Source: Azolla caroliniana
Taxonomy: Eukaryota > Plantae > Polypodiophyta
Assembly (NCBI GenBank): GCA_043228905.1
Contig: JBHGNT010000015.1
Location: 5,146,001-5,210,000, forward strand
Direction: 5' to 3'
DNA length: 64,000 nt
Positions 37,827 through 47,822 of this stretch are shown piece by piece. The position numbers and the translations under genes are program-made. Each line of letters opens with the position of its first letter. Position 1 is the first letter of the stretch. Below the pieces are notes generated by a model. It worked only from the letters and a program-made list of their open reading frames with translations. It did not search any database and was not told the DNA's origin.

Positions 37827-40167
37827 TGTCATGTGTATACAAAACCCAATAAGCTTTATGGTGATTTAAACCCATGACCTCCTCAAAGAAGGCATACAAC
37901 CCCATCCATTAAGATACATCATATTGTATATATTAAATAATAAATTCTATTATATGAATAGGAAATACATATAATAATATTATTGAAATGTCGCCACCTT
38001 GCATAGGCTAACGCATGATTGCCAAGGGGCATGCTTGCATGAATGCCAAGTGGCGATCATGTGTGCCGATGAGGTGGCGAGGATGCATGTTGTTGAGAAT
38101 CAAGCTCAACTTGGTCTAGTGTGTGAACTCATCTTGAGAGTGAATAGACACTCCAACGGTCAAGAGTCACCATTATGTCACCACTTTGTATTCTAGCATT
38201 TAGTATGAATCATAGAATCATATTCTATGACACATAACTTATGAGCTTTCACATTCCCCATGCTCCATGAGTCTTGTAGTTAATGAAGAGAGAGGGTGAC
38301 TATATAAAGCACCCTCCTCCCACCTTCTATAATGTTGAGTCTTTCTCCTTTGTTAATATACTTAACCTTGCGTATTCTCGGTGTCTTACTCCTTGTGTCT
38401 CTCATTCTCTCTCTCTCTCTCATACACACACACAGTTCATATCTATTCCGCTGCACAGAATCCATCTCTTGATTCTTTACACATGTATCCAAACCATGTT
38501 ATATAAACATGTATTTGACTATTGATGAACCATTCTGGTTCAACGCTAGTCTTCGACATATTCTTGTAAACATTGCTCTCGTTGTTAATACATTATCAAA
38601 TTCTTCTTATCTCTCTCATATATTTCGCTTCTCATTCTCTTCTTCATTTTAAAACTCGTTCCTAACTTTGGCCCTAACAGTTTGAACCAGAATTCTCCTA
38701 CCTTCTCTCTTTCTTCCTTGCTCTCTCTCTCTCTTTCATCGTAATTAGCTTACCCTAGTGGTAAATCGATAACAATACAAGCCCTGTGTCTTGGGTTCGA
38801 AACCCAATTTCCTCACCTCTCTATTATATACTTCATATATATCTCTATTTCACTAGATGCCACTGTGGAATGTAGGGGTTGAACCCATGATCACCTGATC
38901 TCCATTGGGCAACCTTACCAACTGAGCTACATCCATCTAGGCTCTCTCTCTCTCTCTCTCTTTCTCTCTCACTCTCTTCTCCTTACTTCCTTCTCCTTGA
39001 GAATCTTGCCAAAGTTATCCTCTCCATGGAGTCAGTTAGCAAGCAAGAGTATGCTTGAGTCGTCTTTGAACTAGAGCATCTCGCAAATAAGTTTGTGGTG
39101 TTAGAACAAGAGAATCAACTATTACTTGGAGATTTGCAACAAGTAAGCATAGAAAAGGCACAACAATATGATGAGTTATCAACACGTGTATTGCAACTCG
39201 AAACAACATTGCGGTCTCTTCATCAACAAGCTTCAATGCAACAACCTCTCCCAAAGAACCGAAGATTTGTTTGCCTGGGAAGTTCGATGGTAATCAATCA
39301 CAGTTTCGAGGGTTTCTAAACCAAGTATGTCTAGTAATTCATATGCACCCTAATAAGTATCCGACTGATGCAGCTCAAGTTGGACTACTTGGGACCCTCT
39401 TAATAGGAACTGCATTAGCGTGGTTTGCACCACTTCTAGAAAAGAAGTCTCCTCTTCTCCAAGACTTCGAAGGTTTTATTAGAGAATTTCAAGCAACCTT
39501 TGGAGACATTGATAGTGTTAGAAAAGCGATTAACAAGATTCGAAGACTGTGTCAAGGGGACCGTCCTGCCTCTGCCTATGCCACAGATTTCCGCCTCCTA
39601 GCTTGTGATATTCCGTGGGATGAAGAATTCTTAATGGATCAATTTCTCTATGGTCTAAGAAATGATGTAAAGGATTTGCTATTAACTTTTCTTGAAGATC
39701 CAAGATCACTTACAGTGCGATGTGACAACCGCTTATTCGAGGGACGTTCGGAGCGTCAATTAATGTCACGACCAAGAACGGATCAAACATATGCATTAGT
39801 AGTGGCCTCGACACCTACAAGCACTACCCAAAATTCACACATGATTCCATCAGGTGGTTCAAGTCCAATGGAGATCGATGTAACACGTCATCAAGGACCT
39901 TTATCTGAAGCTGAGAAGCAAAGACGTCAAGCAAACCGTCTATGTTTGTATTGTGGTGGTCTAGGACCATCGCGATCACATGTATTTGACTATTGATGAA
40001 CCATGCTATATAAACATGTATTTGACTATTGATGAACCATTCTGGTTCAACGCTAGTCTTCGACATATTCTTGTAATACATTATCAAATTCTTCTTATCT
40101 CTCTCATATATTTTGTTTATCATTCTCTTCTTCATTTTAAACCTTGTTCCTAACTTTGGCCCTGACA
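37827..40167 (+). mobile_element. Internally deleted Gypsy element C (chromovirus-like gag only) inserted in the 5' LTR of element B
   Basis: TSD ATCCA at 37822-37826 and 40168-40172; 5' LTR 37827-38679; partial 3' LTR about 39978-40167; retrotransposon gag (PGKFDG...FRGFLNQ, LLIGTALAWF, PMEID, RLCLYCG) at about 39030-39996. Confidence 0.9.
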
Positions 40168-41012
40168 ATCCACTAACCCATTAACTCTCTCTTACATAAT
40201 ATATAATTCTACCTCTATAAATTCTTGCATGTTTCCCCTCTACCTTTTATCTCTCATTTCTCTTAATTTTTGCACGAGCTTCTATACATCCTTCCCACCC
40301 CCCTTTCGCCGGTTTTTCCAACACTCGAGCACGCCACATCACGAGAGCGTGCGTTGCTTGACCAAGAACGCTTCATTTCTTTAGGTCCTAGAACAGAAGG
40401 CTTTCAACGCATGGTGAACGTCCATGAATCGAGCAGAGAGACGAGCCAAACCGATGCCCGGGCTACAAAGAAGAACTATTGGAATGGGAGAGAAGATAAA
40501 TGGGGGATGCGGCGGGCGTCCGCCTATGGTCGTTAGGCGTACGTATGTGGTCTCTCATGGTCCAAGGCAGAGAAGTGAACTAGATTTTACATCGACGCAT
40601 GTGCAGCTCGTCGCGTGTATCCACTCAGAATTCTCTTCACTCTTACCATGGGTACGCCATGTGCCACCTCCGACCTATGACACGTGTATATCCTATACGT
40701 GTATATCCCCTCTCGATGGTTCTTTATACTCCTCTCGTTTCTCAGGGTAGTGGAAATCGGTGTTGTGTTGGTGTCCGAAACCATATTGTGCTTCCGCCAA
40801 ATCATTTTGCATAATATGCATGGCCGAGGGAAGCCACCAAAAAATAAGATGCTTCCGCCAAGCAAAATGCCGAGGGACCCTTAGCGCAACCGACGCTTCC
40901 GCCAAACATGGCCAACTTGACGATCAAGCATAAGCGCATCATTTGAGACGAATCCGCCATGAGCGACCAATGCTTCCGCCAAACGTGGACGACTTGATAT
41001 CACTGGATTGAG

Positions 41013-41176
41013 ATGGGGGCCGCGCGAACGCGAGCCCCTGCTGTCACAAATTATGACGTGCACTCTCCCGCTTGGGGAGATGCTAGGGCAAGCAGTCCCT
41101 CCGGTGGTGCAATGGAGGCACCGGCCCTAAGCCATCGGCCTTCTTGATCACCGATTGACCCCGCCCAGGTAAGTAT
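41013..41176 (-). ncRNA. U1: U1 snRNA copy 1
   Basis: Starts ATACTTACCTGG; SL1 loop GATCAAGAAG; SL2 loop ATTGCAC; Sm site AATTTGTG; SL4 GGGGCTCGCGTTCGCGCGGCCCC; 3' end approximate. Confidence 0.97.
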
Positions 41177-41201
41177 GTTTTGGCTTAGCGCAACGCTCTC
41201 G

Positions 41202-41241
41202 TTTTATAGCCCCCTTGCTCTGCATCCTCTCTATGTGGGAC
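41202..41241 (-). promoter_or_regulatory. U1 promoter: USE GTCCCACATAG (41241-41231) and TATAAAA (41208-41202); repeated every 3323 bp
   Basis: Matches the plant USE consensus RTCCCACATCG at -65, with TATA at -32. Confidence 0.9.
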
Positions 41242-43251
41242 GTTCTTATCTTGCGTCTGTGTATTCACCATGACACGCACGCACAACCGTCATCGCGCCA
41301 CCATCCTCTCACGTCAATCTACCCACTCACTATTGGTGGTTCACTTTAACCTCGTCCATGTTTAGCCCCTTCACGTTTCCGTTCATATCTATAGATCGCA
41401 CATCACACGCTCCAACCTCGCCTACCTTCTCCTTCTCGTAATTAATTTAAGTACAGCGGCTAGAGAGAAACCATGCGCGTCGTGACGTAGAACCGTGCGT
41501 CAATGGCCATGGGTTGCCGAAGCTGTAGAATAACAAAGGAGGGAAACACCGATGCGATGTCCATGTACAACCAACACGCTCGCACAATCCTTGAGCACTG
41601 GCCGAGACGTGAATCCACGCGTGCGTCGCTTGTGCAATCCCCGTCGACAGCCGAAGAACGTGAGGAGGATGAGGCGCATGTCTCACATCAGTCAATTTTG
41701 AGAATCACTTCCCGTCTCCCAAGCGCACAAATTGCGCAGATATGAGGAGGAGATACAACGCTTTCTAAAAGTTCGGAACGTCGGGAGCAAGAACTTCAAG
41801 TCGTGCGTTGCAAGCCCGGAGGAAACATAAGACGAAGCACGGAAATAGCAACAACGCAACCCTTGAGCTACATCAGGGTTGTTCTTCTGAATCATGTGCT
41901 TTATCGTCTTCTACATTATTTCTTCTCCCTTGCGTGTACATGTTGAAGCCATTATATTAACGTATAGATCGTTAGATCATGTTGCCTTGGCCATACTTTA
42001 TGCGTCGTATAAATCGTATGCGTGTTAAATGTATTGCTTGTGAGGTTTACGCCTACATTACGCATTACACTATCTACTCCGTTATTCGAAATCCATATAG
42101 TACATGTTTGATAGGAGATGTTGTCTCATGCGTGTATCAGGTCAATGGCTCAAACCTCATGTTTCATATACCCCTCCGGTCGCCGAGTGTCCGTAGAGCC
42201 CAAAGGCGTTTATTACGCGTCTCGATTGCATCGTCATTGGATTGCGTCTTTGTTTAAGATCCGTTTATGTATGCATATGGATGGGATCGCGTGTATGCCT
42301 ATGCGATGTTATACATGTCCTAGACATGTAGTGTGCATGTTCAGAATTTGTTATACGATATCGGTATCATATGCATGATGGTGTGTGTTTCGGGGTTTAG
42401 GGTCGCGGTGCCCACCCTCGCATTTCTGTGGGGAAGGTGCGGTGACCATCCTTATTTAACGAAATTAGTGCTACTACCCTCGGTCGCCCCGATTGTGCCA
42501 TATGTAAAAATTGCGCAAAGCATGGCCACGGTCGGTGTATGTTGCCTTGGATCATGGTGTCTTGCCCATTCCCCGCCCATTTAAGGGGAATTAGGGTTAG
42601 ACCCACTTCTCATTGGGTCGCCCTTACGAATCCCGCATCGAGTCTCCCGCGTTCGTTACTTGATTAGGGGGGCGTCACGAGACCATCATTGTGAAACGCA
42701 TTGGTCATGAGATAACCATGTGACGGGCCACACTAGCTTCAATGCGGAGAAGAGGGCGCGTGTCGGCGTGGCCATTCGGTTGCTCATTAGTGTGTGCCAT
42801 TGTCATGACGAGACTCGAGGTTGGGTAACGTGAAAACGTAGTTACCTAGATGCAACGATGCGGAACATATTTCCTTGAGGTTTACGCGCGCCGGTCGTTC
42901 AAGTAATTGTAAATTCTCTTTCCCTCGACATGCAGTGGGGCCTAATGATTTACTACGTGCAGACGGGTGGATCTCCATTACAATTCTCGCTCGATTCGGG
43001 AAGCTCACACGATTTCGTGAACGTTCGTTTGGTTCAGATATGGGGGCTTATAACCACCAATAACGAATCGCACCTATAAGGTGCACTTGGCGATGGGAGA
43101 GTATGTATATCCCGACTTGGTATAGGGATGGATAATAGGGTGGCTACAACCAAACAACAACAAATGTGGTCCCCACGATCGGCCAAGGTGGTTTCGATGC
43201 AATGAGAGGACAAAAGTTTGCTTTAAATGTTGAGATGATTATATAACGTAT

Positions 43252-43290
43252 ATCCCACATGGTGAGGCATGTTAGGGTGCAGCCTATAAG
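43252..43290 (+). promoter_or_regulatory. U2 promoter: USE ATCCCACATGG (43252-43262) and TATAAG (43285-43290); repeated every 3323 bp
   Basis: USE at -66 and TATA at -33 relative to U2 +1. Confidence 0.9.
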
Positions 43291-43317
43291 AAGCAAATCG
43301 GTTCTTCAAGAGAACTC

Positions 43318-43525
43318 ATACCTTTCTCGGCCTTTTGGCTAAGATCAAGTGTAGTATCTGTTCTTATCAGTTTAATATCTGATACGCGGCCTATCAGGCC
43401 GCACGATATTAACCTAATTTCTTTCATGGGGGCAGCTCTCGCTCAAGGCAGCTTGCTGCATTTGGGAGTTGCGTGCGTCGCCTCAGCCTTGCACTGATGT
43501 TGAGGTCACATAGGCGCGCCCTCAT
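43318..43525 (+). ncRNA. U2: U2 snRNA copy 1
   Basis: Starts ATACCTTTCTCGGCCTTTTGGCTAAGATCAAGTGTAGTATCTGTTCTTATCAG with branch-point pairing GTAGTA; stems IIb, III and IV pair; SL4 loop TTGCAC; 3' end approximate. Confidence 0.98.
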
Positions 43526-43650
43526 TCTACAATGATAATAAAAATGAAGGAAGGTGTTACATAGGCGCGCCCTCATTCTACAATGATAATAAAAATGAAG
43601 GGAGATGTTCCATAGGCGCGTCCCGCTTCTAATGATAATCTAAAGGACGA
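43509..43650 (+). repeat. Three 51-bp copies of the U2 3' end plus downstream box
   Basis: cataggcgcg at 43509, 43560 and 43611, each followed by an aatgataat motif. Confidence 0.9.
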
Positions 43651-44335
43651 TGTCACGCGGATGAACGTTCTAGATAAATGCATCTATCTTTTCCCACATT
43701 TCTTTAGGTACTAGAACGGAAGGCTTTCAACGCGCGGTGAACGTCCATGAATCGAGCAGAGAGACGAGCCAAACCGATGCCCGGGCTATAAAGAAGAACT
43801 ATTGGAATGGGAGAGAAGATAAATGGAGGATGCGGCGGGCGTCCGCCTATGGTCGTTAGGCGTACGTATGTGGTCTCTCATGGTCCAAGGCAGAGAAGTG
43901 AACTAGATTTTACATCGACGCATGTGCAGCTCGTCGCGTGTATCCACTCAGAATTCTCTTCACTCTTACCATGGGCACGCCATGTGCCACCTCCGGCCTA
44001 TGACACGTGTATATCCTATACGTGTATATCCCCGCTCGATGGTTCTTTATACTCCTCTCGTTTCTCAGGGTAGTGGAAATCGGTGTTGTGTTGGTGTCCG
44101 AAACCATATTGTGCTTCCGCCAAATCATTTTGCATAATATGCATGGCCGAGGGAAGCCACCAAAAAATAAGATGCTTCCGCCAAGCAAAATGCCGAGGGA
44201 CCCTTAGCGCAACCGACGCTTCCGCCAAACATGGCCAACTTGACGATCAAGCATAAGCGCATCATTTGAGACGAATCCGCCATGAGCGACCAATGCTTCC
44301 GCCAAACGTGGACGACTTGATATCACTGGATTGAG

Positions 44336-44499
44336 ATGGGGGCCGCGCGAACGCGAGCCCCTGCTGTCACAAATTATGACGTGCACTCTCCCGCTTGGGG
44401 AGATGCTAGGGCAAGCAGTCCCTCCGGTGGTGCAATGGAGGCACCGGCCCTAAGCCATCGGCCTTCTTGATCACCGATTGACCCCGCCCAGGTAAGTAT
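44336..44499 (-). ncRNA. U1: U1 snRNA copy 2
   Basis: Same as copy 1, +3323. Confidence 0.97.
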
Positions 44500-46640
44500 G
44501 TTTTGGCTTAGCGCAACGCTCTCGTTTTATAGCCCCCTTGCTCTGCATCCTCTCTATGTGGGACGTTCTTATCTTGCGTCTGTGTATTCACCATGACACG
44601 CACGCACAACCGTCATCGCGCCACCATCCTCTCACGTCAATCTACCCACTCACTATTGGTGGTTCACTTTAACCTCGTCCATGTTTAGCCCCTTCACGTT
44701 TCCGTTCATATCTATAGATCGCACATCACACGCTCCAACCTCGCCTACCTTCTCCTTCTCGTAATTAATTTAAGTACAGCGGCTAGAGAGAAACCATGCG
44801 CGTCGTGACGTAGAACCGTGCGTCAATGGCCATGGGTTGCCGAAGCTGTAGAATAACAAAGGAGGGAAACACCGATGCGATGTCCATGTACAACCAACAC
44901 GCTCGCACAATCCTTGAGCACTGGCCGAGACGTGAATCCACGCGTGCGTCGCTTGTGCAATCCCCGTCGACAGCCGAAGAACGTGAGGAGGATGAGGCGC
45001 ATGTCTCACATCAGTCAATTTTGAGAATCACTTCCCGTCTCCCAAGCGCACAAATTGCGCAGATATGAGGAGGAGATACAACGCTTTCTAAAAGTTCGGA
45101 ACGTCGGGAGCAAGAACTTCAAGTCGTGCGTTGCAAGCCCGGAGGAAACATAAGACGAAGCACGGAAATAGCAACAACGCAACCCTTGAGCTACATCAGG
45201 GTTGTTCTTCTGAATCATGTGCTTTATCGTCTTCTACATTATTTCTTCTCCCTTGCGTGTACATGTTGAAGCCATTATATTAACGTATAGATCGTTAGAT
45301 CATGTTGCCTTGGCCATACTTTATGCGTCGTATAAATCGTATGCGTGTTAAATGTATTGCTTGTGAGGTTTACGCCTACATTACGCATTACACTATCTAC
45401 TCCGTTATTCGAAATCCATATAGTACATGTTTGATAGGAGATGTTGTCTCATGCGTGTATCAGGTCAATGGCTCAAACCTCATGTTTCATATACCCCTCC
45501 GGTCGCCGAGTGTCCGTAGAGCCCAAAGGCGTTTATTACGCGTCTCGATTGCATCGTCATTGGATTGCGTCTTTGTTTAAGATCCGTTTATGTATGCATA
45601 TGGATGGGATCGCGTGTATGCCTATGCGATGTTATACATGTCCTAGACATGTAGTGTGCATGTTCAGAATTTGTTATACGATATCGGTATCATATGCATG
45701 ATGGTGTGTGTTTCGGGGTTTAGGGTCGCGGTGCCCACCCTCGCATTTCTGTGGGGAAGGTGCGGTGACCATCCTTATTTAACGAAATTAGTGCTACTAC
45801 CCTCGGTCGCCCCGATTGTGCCATATGTAAAAATTGCGCAAAGCATGGCCACGGTCGGTGTATGTTGCCTTGGATCATGGTGTCTTGCCCATTCCCCGCC
45901 CATTTAAGGGGAATTAGGGTTAGACCCACTTCTCATTGGGTCGCCCTTACGAATCCCGCATCGAGTCTCCCGCGTTCGTTACTTGATTAGGGGGGCGTCA
46001 CGAGACCATCATTGTGAAACGCATTGGTCATGAGATAACCATGTGACGGGCCACACTAGCTTCAATGCGGAGAAGAGGGCGCGTGTCGGCGTGGCCATTC
46101 GGTTGCTCATTAGTGTGTGCCATTGTCATGACGAGACTCGAGGTTGGGTAACGTGAAAACGTAGTTACCTAGATGCAACGATGCGGAACATATTTCCTTG
46201 AGGTTTACGCGCGCCGGTCGTTCAAGTAATTGTAAATTCTCTTTCCCTCGACATGCAGTGGGGCCTAATGATTTACTACGTGCAGACGGGTGGATCTCCA
46301 TTACAATTCTCGCTCGATTCGGGAAGCTCACACGATTTCGTGAACGTTCGTTTGGTTCAGATATGGGGGCTTATAACCACCAATAACGAATCGCACCTAT
46401 AAGGTGCACTTGGCGATGGGAGAGTATGTATATCCCGACTTGGTATAGGGATGGATAATAGGGTGGCTACAACCAAACAACAACAAATGTGGTCCCCACG
46501 ATCGGCCAAGGTGGTTTCGATGCAATGAGAGGACAAAAGTTTGCTTTAAATGTTGAGATGATTATATAACGTATATCCCACATGGTGAGGCATGTTAGGG
46601 TGCAGCCTATAAGAAGCAAATCGGTTCTTCAAGAGAACTC

Positions 46641-46848
46641 ATACCTTTCTCGGCCTTTTGGCTAAGATCAAGTGTAGTATCTGTTCTTATCAGTTTAATA
46701 TCTGATACGCGGCCTATCAGGCCGCACGATATTAACCTAATTTCTTTCATGGGGGCAGCTCTCGCTCAAGGCAGCTTGCTGCATTTGGGAGTTGCGTGCG
46801 TCGCCTCAGCCTTGCACTGATGTTGAGGTCACATAGGCGCGCCCTCAT
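46641..46848 (+). ncRNA. U2: U2 snRNA copy 2
   Basis: Same as copy 1, +3323. Confidence 0.98.
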
Positions 46849-47658
46849 TCTACAATGATAATAAAAATGAAGGAAGGTGTTACATAGGCGCGCCCTCATT
46901 CTACAATGATAATAAAAATGAAGGGAGATGTTCCATAGGCGCGTCCCGCTTCTAATGATAATCTAAAGGACGATGTCACGCGGATGAACGTTCTAGATAA
47001 ATGCATCTATCTTTTCCCACATTTCTTTAGGTACTAGAACGGAAGGCTTTCAACGCGCGGTGAACGTCCATGAATCGAGCAGAGAGACGAGCCAAACCGA
47101 TGCCCGGGCTATAAAGAAGAACTATTGGAATGGGAGAGAAGATAAATGGAGGATGCGGCGGGCGTCCGCCTATGGTCGTTAGGCGTACGTATGTGGTCTC
47201 TCATGGTCCAAGGCAGAGAAGTGAACTAGATTTTACATCGACGCATGTGCAGCTCGTCGCGTGTATCCACTCAGAATTCTCTTCACTCTTACCATGGGCA
47301 CGCCATGTGCCACCTCCGGCCTATGACACGTGTATATCCTATACGTGTATATCCCCGCTCGATGGTTCTTTATACTCCTCTCGTTTCTCAGGGTAGTGGA
47401 AATCGGTGTTGTGTTGGTGTCCGAAACCATATTGTGCTTCCGCCAAATCATTTTGCATAATATGCATGGCCGAGGGAAGCCACCAAAAAATAAGATGCTT
47501 CCGCCAAGCAAAATGCCGAGGGACCCTTAGCGCAACCGACGCTTCCGCCAAACATGGCCAACTTGACGATCAAGCATAAGCGCATCATTTGAGACGAATC
47601 CGCCATGAGCGACCAATGCTTCCGCCAAACGTGGACGACTTGATATCACTGGATTGAG

Positions 47659-47822
47659 ATGGGGGCCGCGCGAACGCGAGCCCCTGCTGTCACAAATTAT
47701 GACGTGCACTCTCCCGCTTGGGGAGATGCTAGGGCAAGCAGTCCCTCCGGTGGTGCAATGGAGGCACCGGCCCTAAGCCATCGGCCTTCTTGATCACCGA
47801 TTGACCCCGCCCAGGTAAGTAT
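47659..47822 (-). ncRNA. U1: U1 snRNA copy 3
   Basis: Same as copy 1. Confidence 0.97.

Larger units (their letters stand above)
18146..40346 (-). mobile_element. Ty3/Gypsy element B, outer member of the nest; 3' LTR 18146-20097, pol 20098-23290, gag-PR 34380-36260, 5' LTR 36290-40346 (interrupted)
   Basis: Matching LTRs; tRNA-Trp PBS at 36267-36284; PPT next to 20098; TSD GCGT at 18142-18145 and 40347-40350; PR (ALIDHGSEIN), RT, RNaseH and integrase fragments with GPY motif. Confidence 0.9.

Noticed and set aside
41166-41176. Perfect 5' splice site CAGGTAAGTAT suggesting a spliced spacer transcript
   Set aside because: It is the reverse complement of the U1 snRNA 5' end
41700-41745. TGCGCTTGGG on the minus strand resembling the U4 5' end
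   Set aside because: Similarity stops after about 10 nt; no Sm site or promoter
42630-42640. USE-like ATCCCGCATCG (also TTCCCACAT at 43691) as the promoter of a third snRNA gene
   Set aside because: No TATA at either spacing and no recognisable RNA gene downstream; a cmscan of the spacer would settle it
43301-43315. GTTCTTCAAGAGAAC hairpin containing the common shRNA loop TTCAAGAGA just before U2 +1
   Set aside because: Only a 5-bp stem and no vector context; likely coincidence
43800-43830. ATTGGAA...GAGAAGAT resembling U6
   Set aside because: Lacks the ACAGAGA box and the rest of U6
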